From the NCBI GenBank assembly GCA_049297855.1, contig JBAQVB010000006.1:1958-65957 (forward strand): 64,000 bases of DNA, read 5' to 3'. Positions 1 through 9,868 of the stretch are shown here, in pieces. This DNA comes from Candidatus Nanoperiomorbaceae bacterium. Lineage in GTDB: Bacteria > Patescibacteriota > Saccharimonadia > Saccharimonadales > Saccharimonadaceae. Each line of letters starts with the position of its first letter. Within the stretch, counting starts at the first letter, position 1. A program made the translations under genes and the position numbers. A model generated the notes under the pieces. That model worked only from the letters and a program-made list of their open reading frames with translations, was not told the origin of the DNA and did not search any database.

Positions 1-1
1 A

Positions 2-163
2 ATGGGTAACGAACGCGTGACGGTCAAGAATTTGACGGTGGCCTACGTTAACGTCGATAAAAACCTATTAGGCGTAAAAGGCGCAATTCCGGGTCCGAAA
101 AAAAGTGTCGTGGAAATCGCCTTGGCAAAAGGTGCCAACCATAACGGAAAGGCAGGTAAATAA
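2..163 (+). CDS. rplC: 50S ribosomal protein L3, C-terminal fragment (gene runs off the 5' edge)
   Basis: Frame-2 translation [39 protein letters not shown]... matches the conserved L3 C-terminus. Stop TAA 161-163 overlaps the rplD ATG. Lies in the canonical position upstream of L4. Confidence 0.85.
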   Translation: MGNERVTVKNLTVAYVNVDKNLLGVKGAIPGPKKSVVEIALAKGANHNGKAGK

Positions 164-756
164 TGGCCTTAGATAAGACAGTTTTTGATGTGAAAGTCGA
201 AAATCACGAGCTTTTAAAATTAGCCTACGAGTCAGTATTGGCGGCCAATCGACAGATCGGCGCAAAAACTTTGACACGTGGTCTGGTGCGTGGCGGTGGT
301 AAAAAACCGTGGCGCCAAAAAGGCACCGGCCGGGCGCGTTTCGGTAGTTCACGTAACCCGATTTGGCGCGGTGGCGGTATCGTGTTCGGGCCAACCGGCA
401 GTGAAAACTACACGAAGCACATCAGTAAAACCGCTAAAAAAGTCGCGTTACGGCAAGCTTTGACACTGGCGAATCAAACAAAGAAAATCATCGAAATCGA
501 CGATTTTGCGATCAAATCCGCCAAAACCAAAGATGCGGTCAAAGCGCTCGAGGATGCCAAGGTTGCGAATTTTCGCCGTATTTTATTGGTGGCTGAAAAG
601 ACCGACGCTAATTTGCGTGCGATAGCGAACCTCGGAAACGTCAATCTGGTATCGGCGACGTATTTGAACGTCAAAGATATTTTGGACGCGGATAAAATCG
701 TCTTCACGAAAACCGCTCTGGCGCAAACGACCAGTTGGCTGAAAGGAGACAAATAA
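163..756 (+). CDS. rplD: 50S ribosomal protein L4
   Basis: ORF track 197 aa. Motif GGGKKPWRQKGTGRAR is typical of L4. Operon order L3-L4-L23. Confidence 0.95.
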   Translation: MALDKTVFDVKVENHELLKLAYESVLAANRQIGAKTLTRGLVRGGGKKPWRQKGTGRARFGSSRNPIWRGGGIVFGPTGSENYTKHISKTAKKVALRQALTLANQTKKIIEIDDFAIKSAKTKDAVKALEDAKVANFRRILLVAEKTDANLRAIANLGNVNLVSATYLNVKDILDADKIVFTKTALAQTTSWLKGDK

Positions 757-1059
757 ATGAATATTTTAGTAACTCCGCACATCAGTGAAAAGTCGTACGG
801 TTTGAGCAATCAAAAAACTTACGTGTTCGACGTACCGTTAACTGCTAACAAAAAGCAAGTGCGCGACGCCGTTCTGACGAATTATCCGACCGTCAAGGTC
901 AGTGACGTGCGACTCGTAATTGCGAAAGGTAAAGCTAAAGCCGTCAATCGTGGCAAATATGCTCGACCGACGCTAACCAAGCGCAAGAACACGAAAAAGG
1001 CTTATGTTTCTGTTAGTGAAGGCGAAATTAAAGTCTTTTCAGAAAGTGAGGAAGCATAA
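757..1059 (+). CDS. rplW: 50S ribosomal protein L23
   Basis: 100-aa ORF between L4 and L2. L23-like sequence (ISEKS..., KKAYV). Confidence 0.9.
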   Translation: MNILVTPHISEKSYGLSNQKTYVFDVPLTANKKQVRDAVLTNYPTVKVSDVRLVIAKGKAKAVNRGKYARPTLTKRKNTKKAYVSVSEGEIKVFSESEEA

Positions 1060-1061
1060 TC

Positions 1062-1898
1062 ATGGCTGTTAAACGACTAAAAGCAACGACTAATTCACGA
1101 CGCCTTATGACGACGCAGGATTTTGACGCGATTACGACCGATAAACCCGCCAAGGGTTTGGTGACGCGCAAAATGCAAAAATCCGGTCGCAACAATCAGG
1201 GGCGAATCACTTCGCGTCATCGTGGTGGTGGCACCAAGAAGTTTTCGCGCAACGTGAACTTTAATTTGCCGACCGGTAACTACGAAGTGCGCGAAATCGA
1301 ATACGCGCCGGATCGCAGCGCGCGCTTGGCGCGAATTCAACACGAAAATGGCGATTTGCATTATATGCCAGCGCCGCAAAATGTTACCAAAGGCGCGAAA
1401 ATTGCCGTTGGCGCGGATATCGCGGTAGAGGCGGGCAATCGCTTGCAATTAAAAGCGATCCCGCTTGGTAGCTCGATTCATAATATTGAGCTGACGGCCG
1501 GTCACGGTGGTCAAGCTGTGCGCGCCGCCGGAACTTCGGCTACGTTGACATCCAAGGATGGCGACTATGCCTTGGTTCGAATGCCAAGTGGTGAGGTTCG
1601 GAAATTCCGCCAAGAAAATCAAGCAACCATTGGTGTGGTTGGTAATAATCAGCACCAAAACATTAAAATCGGTTCGGCTGGTCGTAAACGCCATATGGGT
1701 ATTCGCCCACAGACGCGCGGTCGCGCTATGAACGCCGTTGATCATCCGAATGGTGGTGGTGACGGTGGTGCCGGTAGTCACCGCGGCGTGTTGCATACAC
1801 CGTGGGGTCAAGTTGCTTTGGGTAAGAAAACTCGTTCGCGTAAATCAACCGATAAAATGATTGTTCGTTCGCGACATCAAGCAAAGAGGAGGAAATAA
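1062..1898 (+). CDS. rplB: 50S ribosomal protein L2
   Basis: 278 aa. Contains [16 protein letters not shown] and [11 protein letters not shown] motifs. Confidence 0.97.
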   Translation: MAVKRLKATTNSRRLMTTQDFDAITTDKPAKGLVTRKMQKSGRNNQGRITSRHRGGGTKKFSRNVNFNLPTGNYEVREIEYAPDRSARLARIQHENGDLHYMPAPQNVTKGAKIAVGADIAVEAGNRLQLKAIPLGSSIHNIELTAGHGGQAVRAAGTSATLTSKDGDYALVRMPSGEVRKFRQENQATIGVVGNNQHQNIKIGSAGRKRHMGIRPQTRGRAMNAVDHPNGGGDGGAGSHRGVLHTPWGQVALGKKTRSRKSTDKMIVRSRHQAKRRK

Positions 1899-2161
1899 TG
1901 AGTAGAAGTCTCAAGAAAGGCCCGTTCATCGACGTTAAGCTCGCGAAAAAAGTCGCCGCTCTGAGCAAAGATGATCGCAGCGTAATTAAAACTTGGGCGC
2001 GCGCTAGCACGATTTCGCCGGACATGGTCGGCTACAATTTTGCTGTTCATAACGGTCGCGTGCACGTGCCAGTGTTCGTCACTGAAAATATGGTTGGCCA
2101 CAAGTTGGGCGAATTTGCGCCAACTCGCAAATTCCGCAAACACGGAGGTAAGCAGAAATGA
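1898..2161 (+). CDS. rpsS: 30S ribosomal protein S19
   Basis: 87 aa. SRSLKKGPF start and HNGR motif. One-nt overlap with the rplB stop. Confidence 0.97.
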   Translation: MSRSLKKGPFIDVKLAKKVAALSKDDRSVIKTWARASTISPDMVGYNFAVHNGRVHVPVFVTENMVGHKLGEFAPTRKFRKHGGKQK

Positions 2162-2553
2162 TCGAAGTAAAAGCTTATCTTAAGGAGCTGCGCATGAGTC
2201 CGCGTAAGATTAGTGAAGTCGCGGCCTTGGTGCGCGGTCGTTCGGTGGCGGATGCATTAGTGATTTTGAATCATACGCCGCGCCGCGCCGCGAAACCGCT
2301 CGCAAAAGTAATCGCGAGTGCGCAAGCCAACGCGACCAATAACCACGGTTTGAAAGCCGACAGTCTGATGATCAAAACCTTGTCGATTACGGCCGGAACG
2401 CGCCTAAAGCGTTTTCGTCCGGTCAGTCGTGGCATGGCGCATCCGTTTCAAAAACGCACCAGCAATATTTTGGTGATCATCGATGGTGCTGAAAAACCGA
2501 CCAAAAAAGTCGAACCGGCTGCTAAACCGGTCGCAAAGAAGGAGGCAAAATAA
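2158..2553 (+). CDS. rplV: 50S ribosomal protein L22 (Lys/Ala-rich C-terminal tail)
   Basis: 131 aa. [14 protein letters not shown] motif. ATGA overlap with rpsS. Confidence 0.95.
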   Translation: MIEVKAYLKELRMSPRKISEVAALVRGRSVADALVILNHTPRRAAKPLAKVIASAQANATNNHGLKADSLMIKTLSITAGTRLKRFRPVSRGMAHPFQKRTSNILVIIDGAEKPTKKVEPAAKPVAKKEAK

Positions 2554-3185
2554 TGGGTCAGAAAGTGAATCCGATTTCCTTTCGCACTCAGGTGACGAAA
2601 GATTGGTCGAGCAAATGGTTTAGCGATAGCAAACGTGTTTTCGCGAAAACCTTGGCGGAAGATATTGCAATCCGCAATTTGATTGAAAAGAAATTTGAGA
2701 CGCGTGCAGTGATTCAAAAAATCAACATCGCGCGTAATCAAAATGCTATTGAGGTGACGATTTGGACCAGCAAGGCCGGCGTGGTGATCGGTCGTCAAGG
2801 TGCCGGCGTGCAGGAATTGAAAGCCGACTTGGATAAGTTGACTAATTCCAGCGTGCGCATCAACATCGAAGAAGTTAAAAAACCTGATTTGGCCGCTAAA
2901 ATCGTTAGTGAAAATATTGCACGCCAGCTGGAGCGTCGGATTAATTTCCGCCGCGCCACCAAAATGACGGCACAAAACGTCATGAACGCCGGAGCGAAAG
3001 GTGTTCGCATTGAAGTGGCGGGACGATTGAATGGTGCCGAAATGAGTCGTCGCGAAAAGCTAATTCTAGGATCAGTGCCGCTGCACACTTTACGCGCTAA
3101 CATCGATTACAATTTGGCCGTAGCCAAAACACCTGATGGCACGATTGGCGTTAAAGTTTGGATCAATAAGGGGGAAAGGAATTAA
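2553..3185 (+). CDS. rpsC: 30S ribosomal protein S3
   Basis: 210 aa. [11 protein letters not shown] start and KH-domain GRQGAG motif. Confidence 0.97.
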   Translation: MGQKVNPISFRTQVTKDWSSKWFSDSKRVFAKTLAEDIAIRNLIEKKFETRAVIQKINIARNQNAIEVTIWTSKAGVVIGRQGAGVQELKADLDKLTNSSVRINIEEVKKPDLAAKIVSENIARQLERRINFRRATKMTAQNVMNAGAKGVRIEVAGRLNGAEMSRREKLILGSVPLHTLRANIDYNLAVAKTPDGTIGVKVWINKGERN

Positions 3186-3186
3186 T

Positions 3187-3600
3187 ATGTTACAACCAAA
3201 GAAACTGAAATTCCGCAAAACCCGTAAGGGCCGCAATCCAGGCGTCGCGACACGTGGCGATTACGTCGCGTTTGGCGATTACGGTTTGCAGAGTCTGGAT
3301 AACGAGCGCATTACGGCGCGCCAAATCGAAGCTGCTCGTCGCGCTATCAGTGGTCACACTAAGCGCGGTGGTAAAATTTGGGTGCGTATTTTTCCGCACA
3401 CGCCAGTTACTAAAAAACCATTGGACGTTAAGATGGGCTCCGGTAAAGGTTCGCCTGAATTTTACGTGGCGAAGGTTAAAATAGGCACCGTGATGTTTGA
3501 AATTAACGGCGTCAGTGAGGCGACGGCGCGCGAAGCGATGCGCCTCGCATCCAACAAACTGCCGGTAAAAACGCGTTTTGTCGCGCGGGAGGAGGCATAA
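3187..3600 (+). CDS. rplP: 50S ribosomal protein L16
   Basis: ORF 3136..3600 trimmed to ATG 3187 ([11 protein letters not shown], the canonical L16 N-terminus), which sits just after the rpsC stop at 3183-3185. Confidence 0.93.
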   Translation: MLQPKKLKFRKTRKGRNPGVATRGDYVAFGDYGLQSLDNERITARQIEAARRAISGHTKRGGKIWVRIFPHTPVTKKPLDVKMGSGKGSPEFYVAKVKIGTVMFEINGVSEATAREAMRLASNKLPVKTRFVAREEA

Positions 3601-3900
3601 ATGGCTGAGAAAAAATTAACCACGCGCACCGCGGTGGCCAAAAAAGCGGCAACTGCGTCCGTGACAGCCAAAACTGTCAAAAAAGATGTCGCCAAAACCG
3701 CTAAAGATCTACGCGCACTTAGCGAAAATGATTTGCAGAAAGTCCTGGCAACCGCCAAAGCCGATCTGTTAAACGTTCAGAAAATGTTAAAAGCCAATGA
3801 ACTGCCGAACACGGCGGTCGTTAGAAAATCGCGCAAAATGGTTGCGAAAATCCACACCATTTTGACCGAAAAAATTAATCAAGGAAAGGAGCAAAAGTGA
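3601..3900 (+). CDS. rpmC: 50S ribosomal protein L29 (about 30-aa N-terminal extension)
   Basis: 99-aa ORF between L16 and S17. The C-terminal two thirds are L29-like (LRALSENDLQK...LKANELPNT...RKSRK). Confidence 0.85.
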   Translation: MAEKKLTTRTAVAKKAATASVTAKTVKKDVAKTAKDLRALSENDLQKVLATAKADLLNVQKMLKANELPNTAVVRKSRKMVAKIHTILTEKINQGKEQK

Positions 3901-4229
3901 GCAAGCGCACAATTACGGGCGTGGTGACTTCGAACGCGATGGACAAAACCATCGTGGTGACGCGAACTACTCGCGAGACGCACCCGCTCTACGGTAAAAA
4001 ATTTACGACCAGCGCGAAATTTCACGCCCATGATGAGAAGAACCAAGCGCACGTTGGCGACACGGTTATCATCGAAGAATCGACGCCGTTTTCAAAAAGC
4101 GTGCGGTGGAATCTCGTGAAAATCATCCAAGCCGGCCGCGAAAAGTTGGACATTAAGGAAACCGAAGTCGAACAAGAACTCGAGGCGAAACACGGGAAAA
4201 CCGAGGAGTACAAGGAGGACGAAAAATGA
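3897..4229 (+). CDS. rpsQ: 30S ribosomal protein S17 (acidic C-terminal tail)
   Basis: GTG start overlapping the rpmC stop (GTGA). Sequence [18 protein letters not shown] is typical of S17. Confidence 0.92.
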   Translation: MSKRTITGVVTSNAMDKTIVVTRTTRETHPLYGKKFTTSAKFHAHDEKNQAHVGDTVIIEESTPFSKSVRWNLVKIIQAGREKLDIKETEVEQELEAKHGKTEEYKEDEK

Positions 4230-4594
4230 TTCAGCAGGAATCTCGCCTCAAAGTCGCCGATAACAGCGGTGCAAAGGAACTCCTTTGCATTCGTGTGCTC
4301 GGTGCGACGCGTCGGCGCTATGCGCGCGTTGGTGACGTTTTCGTCGGCAGCGTCAAGCAAGCCGACCCACATGGCAACACGCCGAAAAAATCCGTTGTTA
4401 AAGCGGTCGTCGTGCGCACGCGCGATCAGATTCGACGCAAGGATGGTTCGACGATTCGTTTTGATGACAATGCTTGCGTGCTGGTTAACGACGATAAATC
4501 GCCTAAAGGCACCCGCGTGTTTGGTCCGATTCCGCGTGAATTGCGCGATCTGGGCTACACCAAAATCGTGTCCTTAGCGCCGGAGGTGCTATAA
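4226..4594 (+). CDS. rplN: 50S ribosomal protein L14
   Basis: 122 aa. [18 protein letters not shown] is the canonical L14 start. Confidence 0.97.
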   Translation: MIQQESRLKVADNSGAKELLCIRVLGATRRRYARVGDVFVGSVKQADPHGNTPKKSVVKAVVVRTRDQIRRKDGSTIRFDDNACVLVNDDKSPKGTRVFGPIPRELRDLGYTKIVSLAPEVL

Positions 4595-4911
4595 TGAAAC
4601 GCATTAAGAAAAACGATTTAGTCAAGGTGATTTCCGGTGGACATAAAGGTCGTATCGCTAAAGTCGCCAAAATTGAAGGCAGTAACGTATTCTTAGAGAA
4701 ACTGGGTTTGCGCGAGCGTCACTACAAGGGCAATATTATGACCAACGGTCAAGGCACAAAGAAAGAGGTTCAATTGCCGGTTCACATCAGTAATGTTGCG
4801 CTGGCGACCGAAACGGCCAAAGATAATGAAAAATTCGGCAAAATTAGTTTTGCAATTAAGAACGACAAGAAAGTTCGCGTCGCCAAAAATACCGGAAAGG
4901 AGATCAAATAA
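4594..4911 (+). CDS. rplX: 50S ribosomal protein L24
   Basis: 105 aa. KOW motif KKNDLVKVISGGHKG. Operon position fits. Confidence 0.93.
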   Translation: MKRIKKNDLVKVISGGHKGRIAKVAKIEGSNVFLEKLGLRERHYKGNIMTNGQGTKKEVQLPVHISNVALATETAKDNEKFGKISFAIKNDKKVRVAKNTGKEIK

Positions 4912-5486
4912 TGGCTGAAACAAAATATACGCCACGACTGAAAACTCTCTACCAGACGAAATACGTGGCGGAGCTGGAAAAGGAACTGAAAGTTGACAAC
5001 GTCAACCAAGTGCCGAAACTGGCGAAAATCGTCGTTAGTGTCGGTACCGGTAAAAACAAGGAGAATAAGGCTTATCAAGCGGCCGTGTTGAACACGCTCA
5101 CGCGCATCACGGGACAAAAACCGTATCAACGCCTGCCACAGAAATCAATCGCAACGTTCAAAATTCGTAAGAATATGGGCGCGCCAATTGGTACAGCCGT
5201 GACGCTACGTGGTGACAAAATGTGGGAATTCCTGGATCGGCTGGTTAACGTGGCGATGCCGCGCATCCGCGACTTTCACGGGGTTAGCATTAAAGCTTTT
5301 GACAATCAGGGCAATTACAGTCTCGGGATTATTGAACAATCGATTTTTCCGGAACTGAGTTTTGAGGAAACGAACCTTGCGCACGGTTTGCAGGTAACGC
5401 TTCAGATTAAAAACGGCTCAAAAGAGAATTCACGCAAGTTGCTCGAGAAATTTGGTATGCCGTTTGAAAAGAAAGGAGATAAATAA
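4911..5486 (+). CDS. rplE: 50S ribosomal protein L5
   Basis: 191 aa. Sequence PRIRDFHGV...GNYSLGI is typical of L5. Confidence 0.95.
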   Translation: MAETKYTPRLKTLYQTKYVAELEKELKVDNVNQVPKLAKIVVSVGTGKNKENKAYQAAVLNTLTRITGQKPYQRLPQKSIATFKIRKNMGAPIGTAVTLRGDKMWEFLDRLVNVAMPRIRDFHGVSIKAFDNQGNYSLGIIEQSIFPELSFEETNLAHGLQVTLQIKNGSKENSRKLLEKFGMPFEKKGDK

Positions 5487-5755
5487 TGGCGAAGAAATCT
5501 GCCGTGGCGCGCGATCTAAAACGCGCCAAAATGAACGCCAAGTTCGCGGCCAAACGCGCCGAATTGCTCTCGGTGGGCGACCGTGACGGTTTACAAAAAT
5601 TGCCACGCAACGCGTCCCCGACGAGGCTGAAGAATCGCGATAGCGAAACTGGCCGCCCGCACGCTTATATGCGCAAATTCGGTTTATCGCGTATTAGTTT
5701 CCGTGAGCACGCCAGCAAAGGCGAAATCCCGGGTGTAACGAAGTCAAGTTGGTAA
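5486..5755 (+). CDS. rpsN: 30S ribosomal protein S14, long Cys-free (C-) form
   Basis: 89 aa. [13 protein letters not shown] start, ends ...GVTKSSW. No CxxC zinc ribbon. Confidence 0.93.
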   Translation: MAKKSAVARDLKRAKMNAKFAAKRAELLSVGDRDGLQKLPRNASPTRLKNRDSETGRPHAYMRKFGLSRISFREHASKGEIPGVTKSSW

Positions 5756-5778
5756 AATCAGGAAAGGAATAAGAGTAT

Positions 5779-6180
5779 ATGTCAATGCAAAGTACAGATC
5801 CAATCGCTGATATGTTAACGCGAATCCGTAACGCCATCAGCGTGGGCAAAAATGAAGTGCGCATGCCGCACAGTAACTTGAAGGAAAACACCGCCAAGGT
5901 ATTGGCTAAAAACGGTTATCTGGCGAAAGTCAGCGTCGCCAAGGCGTCGCCGCGTGATGAATTGGTGATTTTAATTAACCAGGAAGGCGAAAATGCCGTG
6001 ATTACTGAAATTTCGCGCATTTCCAAACCTGGCCGTCGCGTTTACGCCAGTGTCGATGAAATTCCGAAAGTTAAAAGCGGTCGCGGTATCGTGATCGTGT
6101 CGACCTCAAAAGGTTTGATGACTGGTCGTGAAGCTATTCGCGCCAAACTGGGTGGCGAGCTGGTTCTCAAAGTTTACTAA
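5779..6180 (+). CDS. rpsH: 30S ribosomal protein S8
   Basis: 133 aa. DPIADMLTRIRNA motif. Confidence 0.96.
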   Translation: MSMQSTDPIADMLTRIRNAISVGKNEVRMPHSNLKENTAKVLAKNGYLAKVSVAKASPRDELVILINQEGENAVITEISRISKPGRRVYASVDEIPKVKSGRGIVIVSTSKGLMTGREAIRAKLGGELVLKVY

Positions 6181-6197
6181 ACGAGTAGCGTGTCTCA

Positions 6198-6232
6198 AAT
6201 CGCGAACGCCAATTCAGCATTCGCGATTTTTT
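6198..6232 (+). terminator. Rho-independent terminator after rpsH
   Basis: Perfect 9-bp stem AATCGCGAA/TTCGCGATT (6198-6206 / 6220-6228) with a 13-nt loop, followed by a T-run. Confidence 0.7.
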
Positions 6233-6280
6233 GTATCTTATATTTGGCTCAGATCAACAAATTTGCTAAACTATAATAGC

Positions 6281-8821
6281 ATGAGCTTTTATAAAAAAAC
6301 TGTAACGGAAACTTTACATGAAATAGATTCGTCGCGCGATGGCTTGACTAATCGCGAAGCTGCGCGCCGGCTGAAAAAATTCGGTCTTAACGCCATCGAG
6401 CTGAAACACTCGTCGTTATTTAAAAAAATCATTGAGCCGTTTGCCAGTTTGATGATGGGCGTGTTGGCATTAGCCGGAATTTTGAGTATTTATCATCACG
6501 AATACATCGACGCGGCGATTGTTTTCGCGATGATGACGACTTCCGCCGTGATTGATTGGGTTCAGCAATACTCGACCGCCAGGATTTTACGGGCATTGAA
6601 ACAGCGTGAAACCGATCCGGCGGAAGTTTTGCGCGATGGTAGTGTGACGGACGTGGATCCGGAAAAATTAGTGGTCGGCGACGTTATTGTCATGCATGAA
6701 GGTCAAAAGATTCCGGCCGATGCGCGCGTTATCGAGGATGATAACTTGCAGGTCGATGAATCAGTTTTGACCGGTGAGAGTTTGGTGGTTCACAAATCCG
6801 ACGACACATTCTCCGCGCACGACGACAAGGAAATCTATGAACAAACCAACATGCTGTTTTCCGGTAGCTTTGTGGCGACGGGTTCGGGAGTTGCAGTCGT
6901 GGTAGCGACCGGCAACCAGACCGAATTTGGTAGCATTGCCAAATTGGCGCAACCTTCGTCCGACAATAAAAGTTCTCTACAACGAAAAGTTGACAAAATG
7001 ATGCGTTACGTGATTATCGCGGTGTTCGGCGTGGTGGCCATAGCCTTTCTGATTGAGTTGGCGCGTGGCGTGAATTTAGTCGACGCCTTGAAATTCGTTT
7101 TAGCCATGGCGGTGTCGGCCGTTCCGGAGAGTTTGCCGGTCGCGATCACAGTGGTGGCGGTGTTTGGTATGCGCCGAATGGCTAAGAAAAAAGCCTTGGT
7201 GCGAAGCATGCGGGCAATTGAGAATCTCGGCCTCGTAACGACTATTGCCACCGACAAGACCGGCACTTTGACGGAAAATAAATTACGCGTCCAAATGGTT
7301 TGGGCGCCGAATCTGCGATTATCGAGTTTTCTTTCGGTGGTGCGGCGCAGTTTAAATCGAGTGGCGGGACAAAACGCCGATCCATTGGACGGCGCGCTGG
7401 AAAATTATATTAACGAGCAGCCCGCTCAGGCTGGCGCTACGACCGATAATGATTTGGTGGAAAATTTGCCGTTTGATTACGAATTCGCCATGAGCGGTAA
7501 TATTTGGCGCTGTCGGCAAAATTTGGAATTATGCATTAAAGGTGCACCAGAAAAAATTCTATCCAGTTGCCGAGTTTCGCCAGAAATTAAGCGTTTGGCT
7601 GACGCGAAATTGCATACTTTTGCGCGCGAAGGTTACCGCGTAATCGCGTTTGCTAAAATGTCGCTAGAGCATAGTTTTGATGACTTTAGTCGTTTTCCGC
7701 GCAATGAAAAAGCGGTTTTCATCGGTTTTGCCGCCATCGCCGATAATTTACGCGTAGGTGTTGATCACGCCGTTTTGGATGCTCAGCGTGCCGGCATCGA
7801 AGTACGCATGATCACCGGTGACCATCTGGAAACGGCCGTCAGCATCGCTCGCCAGGCCGGCATTGCCGATTCGGAAAACGAAGCCGTTGATGCGCATCAG
7901 CTGAATTCGGCAGATACTTCGGAATTTTCCGAACGCGTTGAGGCCGCTAAAGTGTTTGCGCGTGTCCTGCCGGAAACGAAATACAGCATCGTCACTGAAT
8001 TAAATAAAGGAAATGTCACCGCGATGACCGGTGACGGTGTTAACGACGTGCCAGCACTAACCCGGGCCAACGTCGGCGTGGCGATGGGATCGGGCGCCGC
8101 GATCGCTAAGGATGCTGCCGACATGGTGCTGCTCGATAATAATTTCAAATCGATCGTGTCCGCCGTGCGTGAAGGTCGCATTATTTTCTCGAACATCCGG
8201 CGCATGATGGTTTATTTGATTGCGACCAACGCTGGCGAAGTTTTGACGACGCTGGGCGCGCTAATACTTGGGTTACCGTTGCCGCTGCTGGCGGTACAAA
8301 TTCTATGGATCAATCTGGCGACCGACACGTTTATGACGTTGCCACTTGGTCTCGAGGCCGGAGCGCCGGACATCATGCGTCAGCCGCCCAATAAAACCAA
8401 TGCGCCGCTATTGACCGGCTATCTGTTGTCGCGCGTGATCGTGGTGGCGGTCGCGATGGCTGTCATCACGCTCGGAGTCTATGTCATATTTTGGCGCTGG
8501 CATGGTGTAGAGGTGGCGCGCGGTGCGGCCTTTTTGACGCTAATCGCAATTCAATGGGTCGATGCGTTCGTTTTACGTGGCGAGGAATCGTTCGCCAAAT
8601 TATTTACACATAAAAACACCGCGTTCATGTTGGCGTTCATTGGAACGTTCATTTTACAAACTATCATGTTGATCACGCCACTCAGTCGCGTCATGCAAGT
8701 CACAGCGGTGCATGCGGACGCCTGGATTGCCTGTTTGATCGGCGCGATCGTCATGTTAACAGTGGTGGAAATTCACAAATCGATCGGCCGACGGGTGGCT
8801 CACAATGAACGCGATGACTAA
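6281..8821 (+). CDS. Cation-transporting P-type ATPase (type II, Ca2+/Mg2+-like)
   Basis: ORF 6128..8821 trimmed to ATG 6281 (MSFYKKTV...). Has the DKTGTLT phosphorylation motif, TGDGVNDVPAL hinge and TGES actuator motif, with multiple C-terminal TM helices. Confidence 0.9.
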   Translation: MSFYKKTVTETLHEIDSSRDGLTNREAARRLKKFGLNAIELKHSSLFKKIIEPFASLMMGVLALAGILSIYHHEYIDAAIVFAMMTTSAVIDWVQQYSTARILRALKQRETDPAEVLRDGSVTDVDPEKLVVGDVIVMHEGQKIPADARVIEDDNLQVDESVLTGESLVVHKSDDTFSAHDDKEIYEQTNMLFSGSFVATGSGVAVVVATGNQTEFGSIAKLAQPSSDNKSSLQRKVDKMMRYVIIAVFGVVAIAFLIELARGVNLVDALKFVLAMAVSAVPESLPVAITVVAVFGMRRMAKKKALVRSMRAIENLGLVTTIATDKTGTLTENKLRVQMVWAPNLRLSSFLSVVRRSLNRVAGQNADPLDGALENYINEQPAQAGATTDNDLVENLPFDYEFAMSGNIWRCRQNLELCIKGAPEKILSSCRVSPEIKRLADAKLHTFAREGYRVIAFAKMSLEHSFDDFSRFPRNEKAVFIGFAAIADNLRVGVDHAVLDAQRAGIEVRMITGDHLETAVSIARQAGIADSENEAVDAHQLNSADTSEFSERVEAAKVFARVLPETKYSIVTELNKGNVTAMTGDGVNDVPALTRANVGVAMGSGAAIAKDAADMVLLDNNFKSIVSAVREGRIIFSNIRRMMVYLIATNAGEVLTTLGALILGLPLPLLAVQILWINLATDTFMTLPLGLEAGAPDIMRQPPNKTNAPLLTGYLLSRVIVVAVAMAVITLGVYVIFWRWHGVEVARGAAFLTLIAIQWVDAFVLRGEESFAKLFTHKNTAFMLAFIGTFILQTIMLITPLSRVMQVTAVHADAWIACLIGAIVMLTVVEIHKSIGRRVAHNERDD

Positions 8822-8824
8822 TAA

Positions 8825-8926
8825 CGCAACGTATTATCGCGTTATCGTGGCGGCATTTTATTAGTGTCGCACGACGAAGAGTTTGAGCAACACGTCGGCG
8901 CGGAAAATTTGGCGATTTGCGGGTAG
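8825..8926 (+). pseudogene. Relic of an ABC-transporter ATPase C-terminus (H-loop fragment)
   Basis: Start-less open frame RNVLSRYRGGILLVSHDEEFEQHVGAENLAICG*. GGILLVSHDEEF resembles the ABC H-loop region (..VSHD..F). No Walker motifs lie upstream. Confidence 0.45.
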
Positions 8927-9300
8927 AATGCGTAATGAAACCGTTTTCGCAATGTAGTGAATGTGATTAAACTGTAAATTGACGCAAATGCTCATTAAAG
9001 TGCAGACGCGCTTCACGATAGTATTAATTTAACTAGCATTTTGGCAAAAGATAGCCCCGCTAGATAATTTGCCCGAAACGGCGTTAATACCGGGCGTATA
9101 TACTAGATTCATGCTACCGGATGGGGCGCAACTATAATCTTGATAAATATGGATATGCGTTGAGTTTAGATCATAGCTCATGCCACCACTACCAACATTA
9201 TATATGTATACTTGATCTGTAGGGGTAGATAATTGACCTATATAGGCTCCCAAATTACCATCATTGGAACGGGCACTCGCGGTTGTGTTAGCTATCCAGT

Positions 9301-9306
9301 GGGGGG
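9301..9306 (-). repeat. C6 homopolymer (coding strand) at the frameshift point of pilin copy 1
   Basis: Plus strand reads GGGGGG. With 5 C the reading becomes ...SSPHWIANTTASARSNDGNLG..., continuous with ORF 9029..9322. Confidence 0.8.
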
Positions 9307-9544
9307 CTAGACCGAACAGCATAGCCGCTTATGCTCCCTTGATTGTCTACTTTATATGACTCAATGGCACTCACGACTTTGCCGACATTTTGCCTAACTG
9401 CCGTATCCTTTTGCGAATTTTGTAACGCTGGCCACGCAATGAAAACAACCAAAAATATTAAACCAGCAATCGCTAAAACCAACGCAACTTCAATTATCGT
9501 AAAACCTGAATTTGAACCTTAAGTTACAGTTGAACGTCCAGATC

Positions 9545-9564
9545 CTCTCTCTCCCTCTCTCTCT
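9545..9564 (-). repeat. (CT)4-CC-(CT)5 tract, which is (GA)n on the coding strand of the pilin copy 1 leader
   Basis: Read directly from sequence: cctctctctccctctctctctt. Encodes QEREGERG. Confidence 0.8.
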
Positions 9565-9868
9565 TGCTGGATCATGTTTTTCTCCTTCTTTTTCATACTT
9601 TTTCGTGCCGTCCAGTTAATCACAAGCGAGATAGCGTGTCAAGCGTCTATGGTTTTTTCGGCGAGTTTTATTGAATTTACTATGCTATCTCATTGTGTTA
9701 TGGCAACGATTGGCGATCAATATGGTTATTTGCTTTTCTGTTTCACGTATGCTACAATAAATCAGTAAATATCAAGCGAGTAAGGTTAAATATAAACTTT
9801 GCGACTCTATTTTCACAATAGAACAGAGATATATCTCTTATTTTACGCGCATAAAAGGAAAGGACGAA

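Larger units (their letters stand above)
9029..9575 (-). pseudogene. Type IV pilin-like gene, copy 1, doubly disrupted (leader stop plus frameshift at an internal C6 tract)
   Basis: AAGGAG then 6 nt then ATG at 9575. Leader MIQQEREGERGSGRSTVT then in-frame TAA (9519-9521), then GSNSG|FTIIEVALVLAIAGLIFLVVFIAWPALQNSQ. The body is split between ORFs 9288..9482 and 9029..9322. Removing one C from the C6 run joins them. Confidence 0.7.

Noticed and set aside
6128-6280. 5' extension of the P-type ATPase ORF (MKLFAPNWVAS...)
   Set aside because: It overlaps the rpsH 3' end and the rpsH terminator hairpin. The canonical ATPase N-terminus starts at ATG 6281, just behind a -10 box.
9545-9564. (CT)n/(GA)n dinucleotide repeat as a phase switch for pilin copy 1
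   Set aside because: I translated all three frames downstream of the repeat. Each hits a stop (TAA, TAA, TGA) before or at the G|FTIIE site, so changing repeat number cannot restore the gene.
9574-9768. 64-aa plus-strand ORF in the pilin copy 1 / rplF intergenic region
   Set aside because: It has no SD, a low-complexity Phe-rich start, and it overlaps the divergent promoter and leader region. It is probably non-coding.
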